From Ylistrum balloti (lineage: Eukaryota): a stretch of DNA of 64,000 nucleotides. A program made the position numbers and the translations under genes. The stretch spans positions 1-64,000 of the forward strand of contig NW_026782030.1 of NCBI RefSeq assembly GCF_031769215.1, written 5' to 3'. Positions 34,401 to 49,200 of the stretch are shown here, one piece after another. The notes below the pieces were generated by a model that ran no database searches, had not been told where the DNA came from, and saw nothing but the letters and a program-made list of their open reading frames with translations. The number at the start of each line of letters is the position of its first letter. The first letter of the stretch is position 1.

Positions 34401-37400
34401 AATAAGACCAGGTTTTCTGAAAGAGTAACCGCCTTCTGCTTCATTGACGACACCCGCCATGTCAATCTTAATCAATCCTAGTAAATAATGTCACGTTCTC
34501 AAATAGGAAGAAGGTATACAACAACGAAACTAACAGACGAACTAACGGTCATCAAACATGTCGATCTTCACAAAAAAAGAATATTTCTCGATGAGAATAC
34601 TATGATGACCATAACATTTCATCATAATTCTCATTAACCTGTATCTCTTTAAACCCTGTGTTACAGTTTGTGTAGACGAAATCCTGCACGAAAGTCTTGA
34701 TATATGGAGAATGCCCTTGAATATGGATCTATTGAATTAAAGCTTTGATAAGCATGATATAGAAAAGCTCATTATGTCCAGCCTCGTATGGTTACAAATT
34801 TCTTTCTCAAGTGGATCAGTTGTCTGGAAGATCTTACAACCAGACTAGTTGTTAATTAGAAATTCGATATATTTTTTTTATTATTTCGTCCTTTTTGGGT
34901 TCATTTTTCAAGAAACCGCAGCAGTATAGTTCAAAGCCATATATATATGAACCGCCGTTCACCTGTCTTGGAAAAGGAAGATCACACAACGAAAGAATCT
35001 GTGCATTCTTTCAGTTTAGTTCAGTTTGGCGTATAGTGTTATACTGAGTGGAAACATAACATGTTATAATAGAAGATTCCTTGTTTATAAACAGTAGTTA
35101 CTACGCCCTTATTGTAGCTAAGTATAATGTTACCGAGTGGAGTGTCTTACTGGGAACGTTTCGCAATATACTTCAGTGTGGCAGTACTATAAAGACTGCT
35201 TAGGATCCATCACTATCTGGAGTAGGCTTACAGAAACATATTGCATCCTCGCGCGGCTATCAAAACTATGTGTTAACATGATTTTAATATTCATTTCTAT
35301 TTCATATGAATATATATATATATAACTTTTTCATTTACCCTTCTAGGTATTTGATATAAATGAAAATGTTTCTTTAATCTTACATGAATGGAGAATTATT
35401 TCATATAATTTATTCATCACATAACTACCATGTTATCAGTGGAAGAACACCTTTTTCATTGCTATGACTAACGGGTAATAAACGGAGCTGACATCGCATT
35501 GAACAACATGTGTAGTTGATAGGTAAAACCTCTCGAAAACTCCGTATGTATGATACACTTATATATGTATGAATTCGTTAATCAAAATTTGTTCTACATA
35601 ATGGTGATGTTATTTCTGCATATGATAATTTCTAACAAATGTTAAAAAGAAGAAAAGAAACAGGAAGACATTGTATTTTACATTAAGAATACTGAATAGT
35701 AATGACAGCCAGATTTCTTTACCGTTACCTATTAATTTTACGGGCTTAATCCGGTTTTACACCAGAAAAGTGTGTTGTATTGTTTCAGTCGCCGTCTGTA
35801 GACATGTAGGTATGTAGCCTTTTATCTTCTGAGACAGACATCAACATACGATTTCCTTTACAAGCCCACACACTTTTTATGGCTGTCCCATGTATGTATA
35901 TTTCGCACGGATGCCTTACCGATAAAGAAAGCAATAAGACCGTGTTCCGTCGAAAGAAAACAAAACTTCAAGCATACCTCTAATACTCGATTAACGGTTT
36001 TCATTTATCTTTTTATAGGATTTATACACTATTTAAACAAAGAGAACATTTTGTCTGCTCTGTGGAACGCGCAACGCTCCGGCGTGTTAACAGTGTGGCA
36101 TTGAAGAGACAGAACACAGGTGCATAATGTTACCAAGGCTAGCTACAGTCGTACAGGACGCCGAATGGTCATAACTCTTTTGAACTCAAAATTAATGCAC
36201 ATACCCATACATAAAACAAATAACCATAAAATTCACTTCAAATACTTACCTTTCTGTAAATCTTAACCCAAAATATGTTTTCCGAATTAAATTTCGTTTT
36301 CCTTTTAATAGCATGTGAATAGTACATATCTAAAGAAATAAAATATCTAGACTATTACAAGCACGCTATATACAATATTTAACTTGCATTTTTTTCTTTG
36401 AAGATTTTGAAATCTATAATTTATTTCTTATTTATAGAAAGAAATGCACGTCCTTCTTTGCTTGAATTAATATGAATACAAAATATAGATTAAAATATAC
36501 TTAATATAGAACTATCTAACCGCAACTGTTGTGTGGATAGCGAACACAAGCTCTTATATACATTAGTCATGTAAATAATAATAACGAAATAAAAATAAAA
36601 AGAATGTCATTTTTCTCAATTCCCGTCTTTGACGCCCAATACTTTGGTACAATATACAAAAGTTCATAAAAGAGTGGTCTGTCGTAAAATATACAAGCAA
36701 ACATCATTCTTACTAACTGTTTACCTTAGATAAAAATAAATAACAACAGATCAAAAAAGCAATTAAATAGAGACTGGAATGTTAAAATTTACTTAAATAT
36801 TCATTCTGATGGATTGCATTCATTTTCCGTTGCTTTTTTTTTTTAGTCTGTTTATCTGTTCATCATTAACTTTGTTCCCATTTGAGAACGTTATATCATT
36901 CTTTAGGATAAAGTAGAATTTACAAGTACATGGTACATAGCGTCAGTGATGCAGCAGATTACTAAAAGGAGGTTACCCTTCCGGAACACCTGGTCCTATT
37001 CTGTTTGTATTTTCCCAAGGAATTTTTGTGTTAATATATCGCTTGTCCTCTTTCTTTATATCTATCTTGAGTTGGAATCAAGATTCCCTAAAACTGCCGG
37101 TATTTTCTTGTTGCTATTTTCCTGATATCTTATTTGAAAATTCTCAAACATGACAACTGTATCACCTGTTTACCTTAGTATCGCGTTGATTATCGACTTA
37201 TCCCTAAATCCATATTATAATGGAAGATCAACACATCAGGTAAGTTTCTGGCTCTACTCTATCTAATGATAAGTGCTCTGTCGATCATCGGATACAAAAA
37301 TATCTCTACTAGAAAGTGAATTGCTATATTTTGATTACATTAACGGGGGGAGATAACGGATATTACAATAACAGACTCGGCATTCAGACATGCTAGTGGT

Positions 37401-38555
37401 GAATTTGTTTTGATTGTGGCATTTTCTGGAAACACTGAATCGGATGTGAAATCATGATAAATACATTGGTGTCTAGTGAGGACTTCCGTTATCCAATGTC
37501 ACATATTACAATTTTATGACTATTTTGTTTATTTATTTTTTTTTTTTTTTGTTACTAAAATTACCTCAAAACATTTAAACAATCAATTAATCCATTTCAT
37601 AATTACCTTGCGCATGCAAATGTGCTATTGCTATTTACATATATGATGCATAATTCATACCCTTATTCAAATGATTTGTTAAACAAATACATTGAGCATG
37701 CACGTGTCAATTTGCTTTGAGGATATGCATGAGTGGTGAAATTGAATATTTGAAAGGTACAAACAACATTACGTATATTTCTTCCATTAGTTCATAACCG
37801 TAAAGCATAGACATGTTCCACTGTGATGTTAACAGTTTATTATGTGTTATTGACCGTGTCTACTCGTTACCATCTCGATGTTGACAAGAGTTATGCATCT
37901 GATAATCTGTGTACTTGTTATACAAAATTGATAGGCGATATTATCTTTCAGTAGAATTTGAGATTTTTATTATACCTTCCCAACATAAATGGTAAAGATA
38001 ATGGACCAAAACGTGATGAAAAAGTAGCTAAAATCAATTATATGTCATTATGGCTTTGCTACCCCTCAAATAGTTCGTTTGTGTCCCCGAGACTGATGTA
38101 AGCGTAGAGCATATGTGCAGTGTTAGACTAGCGCCCATAGAAGACAAAGATAAAGTGAAAGTAGAAAGGATAGCAAATCAGGAAGATAGTTATCAGGTGT
38201 CAAAAGAGTGACAAAGAGGGCAAAGACAAAACATCATATGTCGGGTATGTAAAGGTAAGTAATGAAGTGATGTCGTGTCAGATATATTCAAGACAACCAC
38301 AGAACACACGGTAAATGTATTTGACAAATGTCATGTACCTAAAGTAGCATATAAAACAGTAATAATGAAAGTATAAGCGTACACAGAAAATTATCTCTCG
38401 TAGATCAAGGAAGGTTAAAATATGCTGTTACGGTAATTCATGAAATACGTAGAAATAGAGAAATACAGGTGCTGTTCATATGCTTCTATAGAAAAAAAAA
38501 CTAACACAGAAATACAGAAAGTATGATTATTAAAACAGAGTTTGTACATAATAGA

Positions 38556-39466
38556 CAACACGGAGATACAGGTACGGTAAGTATGTTTGTATGGAATAGT
38601 CAACACGGGGACACAGGTTCGGTAAGTATGTTTGTATAGAATATTTAGCACAGAGATACAGGTACGGTAAGTATGTTTGTATAGAATAGTCAACACAGAG
38701 ATACAGGTACGGTAAGTATGTTTGTATGGAAAAGTCAACACAGAGATACCGGTACGGTAAGTATGTTTGTATAGAATAGTCAACACAGAGATACGGGTAC
38801 GGTAAGCATGTTTGTATAGAATAGTCAACACAGAGATACAGGTACGGTAAGCATGTTTGTATAGAATAGTCAACACAGAGATACAGGTACGGTAAGTATG
38901 TTTGTATAGAATAGTCAACACAGAGATACAGGTACGGTAAGTATGTTTGTATAGAATAGTCAACACAGAGATACAGGTACGGTAAGTATGTTTGTATGGA
39001 ATAGTCAACACAGAGATACAGGTACGGTAAGTATGTTTGTATAGAATAGTCAACACAGAGATACAGGTACGGTAAGTATGTGTATAGAATAGTTAACACA
39101 GAGACACAGGTACGGTAAGTATGTTTGTATAGAATAGTCAACACGGAGATACAGGTACGGTAAGTATGTTTGTATAGAATAGTCAACATGGAGATACAGG
39201 TACGGTAAGTATGCTTGTATAGAATAGTCAACACAGAGATACAGGTACGGTAAGTATGTTTGTATAGAATAGTCAACACAGTGATACAGGTACGGTAAGT
39301 ATGCTTGTATAGAATAGTCAACACGGAGATACCGGTACGGTAAGTATGCTTGTATAGAATAGCCAACACAGAGATACAGGTACGGTAAGCTTGTTTGTAT
39401 AGAATAGTCAACACAGAGATACAGGTACGGTAAGTATGTTTGTATAGAATAGTCAACACAGAGATA
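38556..39466. repeat. 45-bp minisatellite, ~20 copies
   Basis: Unit cacagagatacaggtacggtaagtatgtttgtatagaatagtcaa. One 43-bp unit near 39070. Explains the 15-aa periodic ORFs. Confidence 0.97.
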
Positions 39467-42400
39467 GTAACTACACGAGGATTTGAAAAGTTTGCTTAAG
39501 TTATGGTTCAGTCGTTGTTTGCCTTATATCTATTCGGGAACGAGATATAGTTTTCTTGGATTGACCAAGATTTACATGGCGGGTGTCGTCGGTGGAGTAG
39601 AAGGTGCTTACTCTTCTGGAACATCTGGTCTTATTTATTTATTATTTTTTTTTTATTTTTTCGGTAGTCTCACTGTAACGTTTTCTTCTAGTCAAACCTT
39701 CCTAAGTGTCATTACTGTTTTGTAAATTTAATGTGTTGTTTTAATATCTTTTGTATTACGACACATGCAGTAACTTTCTACTGAAAGTTTTAGTATGTGC
39801 GTAAACGCTACGCTATTTCATTTAATGATGATGATGATGATGAATCTCATACAGTATAATACATTAGTACTACAATAATATAATTGTTTCAAACTGTATA
39901 ATATACTTAATTGGTAACAGCTATTGGTCGTTTTGGTGATATGTGGTAGCGGTACGAGGCTTTAAAACCGACGTGATATTGTTCCATTAATCACTGAAAA
40001 CAATGGACGTCGACAACCGGTACATCGTGTCCCTGTAGCGTCCATACTCGTAATGATGATCACAGCCCAACACCCTTACCTCTGGTTGTCGGGCTTGACG
40101 ACTACAGTTACTATATTATTGGTGAATCCTGGTAACAAATTGTACACTGTAATGTTACTAGGACGTTAGCATATTTTCAACAAAAATAAAACTAGGAAGA
40201 CAACAGTTATCCATCATATACATGTATTCGATGTGTAGAATACACAGATATGCAAACTCAAATGTATTTTAGGTCAACATTCGACTTTGAAGTTATGCAG
40301 GAATTTGGAAGTTTTTTCGTTATTTTTTTCCAAACAATTTGCCACAATTTAACTTAAAAGCTGTATATTGATGATTGGGATACTATCTGTATGCTCAAGA
40401 CTACATTTGATGGAGAATGTATATATTATATATATATATAGTTACAGGTTTGGAAATCATCTTTGTCAAAATACGGTATTCGTTAGATGTTCAATAATTT
40501 TAATGGACATGACCTTAAGCAAAACGGCTAATGCTGGGCAATATTTCAACAAAATTACATAGTTGATCTAAAATCCATATACGTGGGGGCGATAATGGTA
40601 AAAATAATACTTCAATACTTTTGCATATAAATACATACAAATGTAATAACAGACAAATTTGGTGACTGTTTGACAATTTTCTTTACTTATTTCTAAAAAA
40701 AGGTCTTTAATTAAGTTTGTTTTTATTGTGTATTCGTATTTACACATTATCTCATCAAAAACAGTGATCATTTTCGTTGGAAAACATTTTAAATATCACT
40801 GGGGGCAATGTTTTATTGATGAATCTAAGTCAATTAAGCTTGTCCGTTTTTCTGGAGATGGAGCTTATCTGAGATAAATAGAGCAAGTAATGCGATGTTT
40901 CGTCAAATAAAGGTAATCTATTGAGAGAGTGATAAAAAATAACTATTTTCGAGTTGTCTGATTTAAAATAAATTTGAATATCAAAAATCAAAATCATTTA
41001 GTATGATCCTTTTTAAACTCAAAGATAAGCGCACTCCCTGAGGTCTCCATACATTTCCAAAAATAACTATCATAAATAATATGGAAAATTATATTCAATT
41101 TATTTCAAACAAATGTCAGACAGATTGAATCACTTAAGTCCTCCTCAATGAAAGCCGACACACGCTGCGAACAGCTCTTAATAGATTCATTCATTCTGTA
41201 ACTCTTTGAGGAGAACTGTCGGTATAAATAGAAAGACCTTTTTCAGTCGTTATAATATTTAACATATACTGTATAAAGACTCTTTTGTGAAATGGGAAAG
41301 TAAATTATTTCATCTAAGGGAGAATTTTTACGAATCATTTAGGTAGAAAATGTTTTTGGTAAGATAAATAAGTGTTGCTTGCCATGGTGTCAAATTTACT
41401 TCTTCGATGTCTAGTGTCGTAAATTTGATTCGGTAGCGATTATTTTTAGACTAGTCGTTAATTCATTTTATGTTACTGTTATCAACAAATAAAATTATAT
41501 CAATGTTTACCATACAATTACTTTGGTACTTCGGTTTTATCAGCTGTATGATGTGATTACTCCAACTTTCTGTACATAAACATTTTCGCCCAATAGATAA
41601 TTACTTTTATGCCTAATTTGGCTGATTAGCAACATCTACTCGAAAATAAAAAAATACGTTAGTGTAGGTATTGTTTTTTTTAAATATGACAATCAATCGG
41701 TATTTAGACAAGTAATGAATATTGATGAAAAAGATACGAGTTCACACTGAAATAAATGTACATCTCGATTTTTTGTAATCGCCAGCAATACCTTTGCAGT
41801 ACCCAAATTGATCATAAAGGTGATTGTTTTTGCCCGACTTAAAATTATTAGTTTCTTATTTATTGTTTTAATTGTTGAAATTCACTTCTTTCTTCTTCTT
41901 TCCTCCTCTCTTTCTGCCTTTATTGATTTTCATATATCTTTAATCATCGAACCGCCTCATTTATGTACAAGCATTGACCACAGATTTCTACCCATTTAAA
42001 AAGATCAAAGAATCCCATTTAATTCTCGACTTCTATCTAAAAGGAACTTCAATACATTTTATGTGGTCAGGCCAGAATTGTGTTTATCAATTTGTTAAAG
42101 AAATTCGATGACTAAAATTTGTGACTATAGAAGCAAAATGGTAAAGTAGAGTGTAATAAATATAAACACTCTAGTTTACCTGTTTGAAACAAGAAGTCCT
42201 ATTGGTGTATCTTGAACGCAAGATAATAATCTGACCGTTCTGTATAACACACGAGTTGAAACAAGCTGTATCCCCTGTAATAATGTAATAGGACTTCCCC
42301 TTGGTAGCTGAGCGGTTTTATATGCTATGATATCAATCACAAATGAAAGATTATGATAAATTTGATACATTTTCCTCTCTAGGAGGTTGGAATTAAATAT

Positions 42401-45400
42401 TGTATTTAGATGTTGGTACGTAAAGTTAGATATTAAATTAATTAATCGGGTTTCGTAAATCTAGTTTCATTTTTATCATTATCATGTAGTTTGAAAAGTG
42501 TAACAGCAATCCTAGTGGCCAGCTTTATTATGAACAACACGAAAAGTACATACATATAAGGATTTGTATGTTGATAACTACTACTAAGAACCATCCCCCT
42601 TCTTTAAGAACACAAAATGCATTCACCGCTGAAATGCACAATGAAACAATCAAACAAACAAGTCCATAGTTATTCAGTGTCCATATAATGTTTTAATGTA
42701 ATCTATGTTTTATCTCCGTGAAAGTATTCGATTAAATGTTGTTATATTGAATTATGGTCTGTATGCACCAATATTCATTTTCCTTACTCGCCATTTTTAT
42801 TTTCACCTGTTACGGAAGCCTAGTATTACTGATGAGTTAAAAACTGACCAAACAACAGCATTAATCTGTTTACTTTGAAATTGAAATTAACACTACGTTA
42901 AAACAGCTCTTTACATCAGACTGCTAACATTACCCAATATTGGCTATAACCGATACTATACTGACTTGTGTTGATATACATGCATGTGTATTTGTCAGAG
43001 TAAGAATGGTTTCTTCGGTAAAATAAACGCACACTGTATCTGACAAAGTAGTACGTTGTACACGACGAATGGCACATTTATAGGAAATTTGATCCCATTT
43101 GATAGTGTTGCCTGTTTTGCTATTTACTTGGTTGGTTTTGTGGTAATAAATGTCACTCGTTTAACAAATTGTTTAACATCGTGTAACCACAAATGTTCTA
43201 CGGATTGCCTTAACGGTATCCACTTACTCCTTGTTCAATGGTATAATTTGCTTGGCCCACATGTTTCGGAAGATTGGGTCTTTTTTGAAAAATTCGAACA
43301 CTTTCTGATGAGGTTATCTTTTTAAAGCCGTATATTTCTACAAGTTTTTAACAGCATGAACCTATTTTAGACTGTTTGGGTGATTGTAAGTATAACATTA
43401 TAAAAATGTATTATATGTATCAATTATGTTCTTTAAAAAAAGAAAAAAGTTAAATCTCAGCAATGTCCACAAAAAAAAAAAAAAAAAACCAAAAAACAAA
43501 AAAAAAAAATCAAGATTTCACTTGTTATGGATTCGATACTTTGTTTTTTCACTAAATCTTTCATATTGATATCAAGAATATGACGTATCTATAGTACCTG
43601 GTGATTCACGATGCAGAAAACCACTACAAGTAAATGTATTTTGTTTGTTGGGTATATCGTGAGCAGCCAGTTGATACCTTACTGAACAACATGCAGGAGG
43701 CCCCTCACATGCGATCAAAGGAATTAGAGTAAAGTATCTTGCCCAAAAATACAACCACGTCAGTACAGTCCTGTCATTCTCTCCGTTTCCTGAGAAACTC
43801 AAATCACCACACTTGCGGTTACCTTGGCCAACTCTCTGCAGACTGAGCTGACATATTTTTCAAACTGATACGGCCAATTATGGATAATTGAAGGCATGTG
43901 TCAAAAACCGATAATTATATATTGTCTTTCCCTAACTATGCGATGTTACCTCTATATATCAGTAACTATTTTAGGACTCATTTAGTTTGTAAATATGACA
44001 TGATAAAAGTGCATTTCCCACGGTAATTGAAAATATATATCCCGAGACGTCGGTAATGGGAGTGTACTTACCAGTATACGTGTCAATAGGCAATATATTG
44101 TAGAGAAGATGTTAAGTGTTAATATATTAAATACAAGTAGCGTTTATCCTAGTGTTTTCGCATGTGCAAAACATTTTTCGTAAATACCCACATATCAGAA
44201 TACTTTTGACATTATAATTTTTATGTGGCATTTTGTTTAAAATATTACGACAAAAACTATGTGTCACAGATGGAAAAAAGTGGCTTTCTGTTTACATCTT
44301 CTAGCGAGAACTGTTCATTGTAAAAGAGAAAAAAAAACAATTTCGTTCCCAAACACATTGAAAAACACACTTCACAGGCTGAATGAAGCAAAGCAGTCCA
44401 TAATTTTATCTTTTGTTGTGTCTGTAACGTGTCATCTAGGTCTAAAAATGTTGAAATGCTAAGATATGTATTGTTAGTGTCAACGAAGTGCTGTATAGCG
44501 TATATTGTATGTCTCTTACCGACCAATCCCGTCATTTTGTGGGTGTTCCCTTATCTAAAACTCATCACTTAAAGAGCCAATTTAACCGTATTAAGGTACT
44601 TGTAATACACTGCTTAACACTAATCATCAGTAGGGATAGTGATTTAAGTATATGTCCGTGCAGCCGTTTATATTATGTCTCTGAAAATGCACAGACCAAT
44701 AAAACCGGAAAGACTGCTAGAGTGCCACCTATTGTATTTAGAAAGAAAGACAATTAAGATTTAGGTATAGATGCTATCAGTGCGAAAAATCCGCTTCCGT
44801 CTGTCATGTTTTTTTAATGTGTCTATTGTAAACTGAATCGATATTCATTCTTTCACATTTTAAAATAAAGCCGTCTGGAAATTAACTTTAAGAAATCTGT
44901 TTCCTATTGGCCTAAATAGTTTCAAGATAGGTCCTGTTGTGTGCAAAAGACTAACAATGCAGTAAGTGTCCCCTGTAGATTTTTGTTAGATAAACTTAAA
45001 CCCAGACCACCTTAGATTTCTCCCCACGGGGACTGTTGTTTCATTCATATTTATAACTTAAGTAAATTCAAGTCATTTAGTACAATCGTGAATGGGTGTT
45101 TTGAGAAGATGATGGATCCCCTACCTATAACCCAGTTTCCTGCCCCAACTAAACCAGCCAGTGAAAATTGTTGACCCCATCTGGACCGATCTGCTTACAT
45201 TTGAACCACAAAATCGCGGACTAAGGATTGCTATACAAATTTAAATAATATATGTTCTGAATACAATGCACACTTATGGACAAATTGGGTGATTTTGAGG
45301 CCTCTGATTGAGGGTAAATGTTTGAAACCACGGTGTCAGAATACCGGCGGACAATTAAAGCATATGTGAAACAAGTGATAAGTTTTGTGAGGCGATTACG

Positions 45401-46150
45401 CTGTCGATGTGTATATAGTGACTAGTGTGTTTATCGAGGCGTCAGGCTCTGGGTAGCCCTTTAATGTGCAGAGTGTATGATCAGGGACTCATTTAAAAGG
45501 AAATCACCGTGTACACGTATATCACACCTGTCGACACAGGTACATGTTTACACACTGACCTGCTGCTGTTAGGATTATATAGTATACACAGGTACGTTGT
45601 AATCATTTTTGGGAAATGATCACTTCAACGTCTCATGCCTTTTAGGACTGATAAAACTGAATGTACAGATTTGGTTTACAAACATCCATTTGTAAGTAAA
45701 TTTGTTAAGTCCGAATGAGAAATATAGAAAGCTTTAAGATAAAGGGCTATCTTGTTTAAATGATTCTCTCTAAGTTCTTGCATGCAATTTATGTTTTGGA
45801 ACTAGGAAATGTTTTATTCATAGTCTTAATCAAAAGCATAACCATTTTATTCATTTAAAACAAATATATCAGCATCGTAGAATAATACACATCGTTTTAA
45901 TTGTGAAACCTTTTTTTTTGTAATAAGTACTTAAAAACTGCGAAATGTTATTAATAAAATTGATTACAAAGGCCGGTTATCAATTTTCTTTATTTTACAG
46001 TCGCATCGATATGAACTATAATTTAATACCTAATCATTGAACATTAAATATATCATCCCATTTTTATCATTACTAATATTCCTCCAACAAGATATTTTTT
46101 TAAAGAAAGAAATCATCCATTTTTTTTCTTTATTACAGATTTACCAAATC

Positions 46151-46217
46151 ATGCCAACCTTTGCCGACTATAGGGCACACATATTTGCCGTGATTGCCAG
46201 CAGTTTAATCACATTTG
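46151..46217 (+). CDS. CUB gene coding exon 1 (signal peptide)
   Basis: MPTFADYRAHIFAVIASSLITF, donor G|gtaagt. An acceptor at 46138 implies an upstream non-coding exon. Confidence 0.7.
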
Positions 46218-49200
46218 GTAAGTCAAATTCATATTTATTATCTCCAAACATTGTATTTAAATTGCTAAACGATGAAAAGCGCTTAGAGCATTTATGTTCA
46301 AGAATAATTTATACAATACAAATTTGATCAGATATATATTTTAATGCTGATAATTCCGTTTTTTTTTCAAATATTGAAAAAAAGGACACAAAAGTAGTGA
46401 ATGAAAAATACTTCATTGAAAATTAATTAGTAGCACAAAATAGCAGTGCGCGCAATATTTTGGAGTGCTGTATTGGATTACAGCATTCATAATACATTAT
46501 AGAATCGAAAAATAAGACCCATAAATATCTGCATAGTCTTAGGCTCGATGCAGGCCATACATCAGAGCTTTGTTACTGTGTATATTCTCCTCTGACACGG
46601 GGTCATGTTACTTCACAAATAAGCCAAATTCGACACCAGATATGTAACATTGTTGTGATTCTCGTGTAGTTTTTATCAACTTTACTCAATTAGCTTTGAC
46701 AGAAACGTCAACTCTATTTTATGTCTATTCAATGCTAATGGTAGGGTTTGTATGTCGTTACTAGGTCATTAGAAGGCTGTGTGCATATATCTGCAACTTA
46801 ATGAAACAAAATGATAGCACGTTGCTGATACATATTGACTGATCAAATTTCAGGACGTATAAAATTTCTACAAACTAGACTCTTCGTTAACCTTTTTTCC
46901 ACGTAATGAATAGCAATGATTTAATGTGCCTATTGACGTTGTTTTCATGTTTCCGTTCGTTTCCTCTTTGGACCGGTTTTTTTTATATTCATAATAAACA
47001 TGTTTTATCCGATGGGTGAAATAAAATCGTATTTAATTCTGGGTATGACCGGAGTAAATTTAAAGTCCAAAGAGCAGATAAATTATTTATGTAAAATATA
47101 GAAAAATATACAGAATTAATTTTGGTGTAAATTCACAGATGTTTCATTAATTATTTACAAATTTTAAACGCACAAGCAGCAGTAACATTTGTTTTATCAA
47201 TTTTTACATTGATAATGACTCTTTTTAGGTTCATTTTGTCAATATACGCCTTATGGCCTTTATGGTATCAGTTTTGATATTACGTCACCATGCTACATTA
47301 ACCAGGATTCAACAGCATTGTCCAATTCTTTCAATTCAAATATTTCAATTAACCTCTCTTTTTCGGTGAAGGTATTTTTTAATGAACCATTCAAAAGATA
47401 TCAACATTCCTGTGATCAATAATTCCTTTCTTGTCACATTTAACTGTATTTTTTTCCTAAACAATGTTCTTAAATATATAATTGCCTGTGCTGCATTCCA
47501 TTCAAGTTGGATGTCCAGGTTAATCTTGTCCAAATCATGGATTGATAGTATTAAGTATTTATCACCGTATTCATTCATCTTCTTACTAATATGTTTATTT
47601 ATTTGTTTATAATACCAAGGAAAGAGCTTCCATAGGCTATGTCTGTTGCCCAATCCCTGTTGTCAGTAAAATTTTGAAAATATTCTTGAATAAAACATCT
47701 ATTTATATCGGGCGGCCGTGTGGCCCAGTGATAAAGCATTCCCCATTCGCAATGGTTGTAATATTTATAAAATTTTATGTTTTTTTATCTATATTGTCAA
47801 TTTCCATGTGATCTAATTGGTTCTTTCAGTGTCATCTCAAACCTGCAGTGTTACGGATCCCAATGTGTTGCCTTCGACATTAGACCTCACTGTATTTTCA
47901 TCGCCTGGCTACAATGGCGGCACAGGAACATACAGCGCGTAAGTCATCGTTATCGTCATTACCTAAACATATCACTACAATTTTCCCGATATCTATTTAT
48001 GGGTGATATTTTCCCCCAAGGAATGTCATTTAATGTGAATAAAAGTCGTTGCAGATATGCATTTGTATTACAAGGGCAAATTTTCTAACATCTTCATAGT
48101 GATGTTTAAAGGATTAATGGATATGTCTCTTTAACAAGGTTTTTTGATTAGTAGTAATTGTCCATTGAGATTTTTCTCCAGTTCGTATGTATAATTGTGT
48201 TCTCGTTTCCTTTATTTATTTTTTATATTCATTATTTGATTTTTTTTATCTCTTACTAAAATTATATGAATTACGTTAATGATCGCCTTATTTGCAATTT
48301 CATTTTAACATTAACTAATTGATATCATTTCATGACTTTCAGTTGTTCAAATTTCACCTGGTAGCGTTTCGTTTTTCCTTGTATATTATTTATTGACGAA
48401 AGTACGTCACAGTTCATATATTCTAAAAAAAATGTTGATTTTTAGAAACATGGACTGTTTCTGGCTAATAGACGCTGGAGCGGCTGACCTGCAATTACTG
48501 ATGTTTATGACTTACGACACATCATGTCCAGGCGATAAGATATATATTTACGATGGTAAGGGCAATTTATCATTGTTCCCAACTACAGTTTTCCCGTTCT
48601 GCTGTACATAGGAAAATGGCGACACTCAGTTTACATGGCGTGCTAGAAAGAAATTAGAATATTGTTATTTTTTAAACGTTCAACTTTCTTTAATCAACCT
48701 TTATGAATGTTCGCTGGTCGATAATAATCATTTAACAAAATGTGTGACAGTGTTTTGCAATGTCATACAATGTGACATTATCCTATACATGTCAATTTGT
48801 GTTGTTTACAGCGTTAACCGTGTTAACGCCTTATTATCATTAGATGAGTATGTACTCTTAACTCGTTTTAGTGTCAGCTCTCATGCTGTTGGTCAAGGCT
48901 AGGAATACAATGCTAATAATTGTGAAACGAAACTAATAATTTCCTCATAATCAATGACCATTGATCTTATATAGAAAATATAGAAAAAAATAAGCATGAT
49001 TGGAAAGCGCTACCTCTCATATCCACACGTATTAATATGCAACGTGCCTTAGCGTGCTCACTCAAAGATATTAGTTTATGAGCTATATAATTTTACGTCC
49101 TATCAACAATATAGTCATTTACTGCTATGAATGCGAGGCGAGTTCATATGAAGAGTGCATGTGTTAGTGAGAGGCTGCGTTTTTTGTAAGCCTCAGTGTG

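Noticed and set aside
36040-36170. Signal peptide plus LQCH (Ly6-like) segment on the minus strand
   Set aside because: In-frame TAG after the only ATG, and no downstream exons identified.
38415-39459. 213-aa and 309-aa periodic ORFs
   Set aside because: By-products of a 45-bp (multiple of 3) minisatellite; the frame breaks at a 43-bp unit.
43725-43765. CORE-SINE-like motif gagtaaagtatcttgcccaa
   Set aside because: About 25 bp of resemblance only, with no tRNA head or tail identified.
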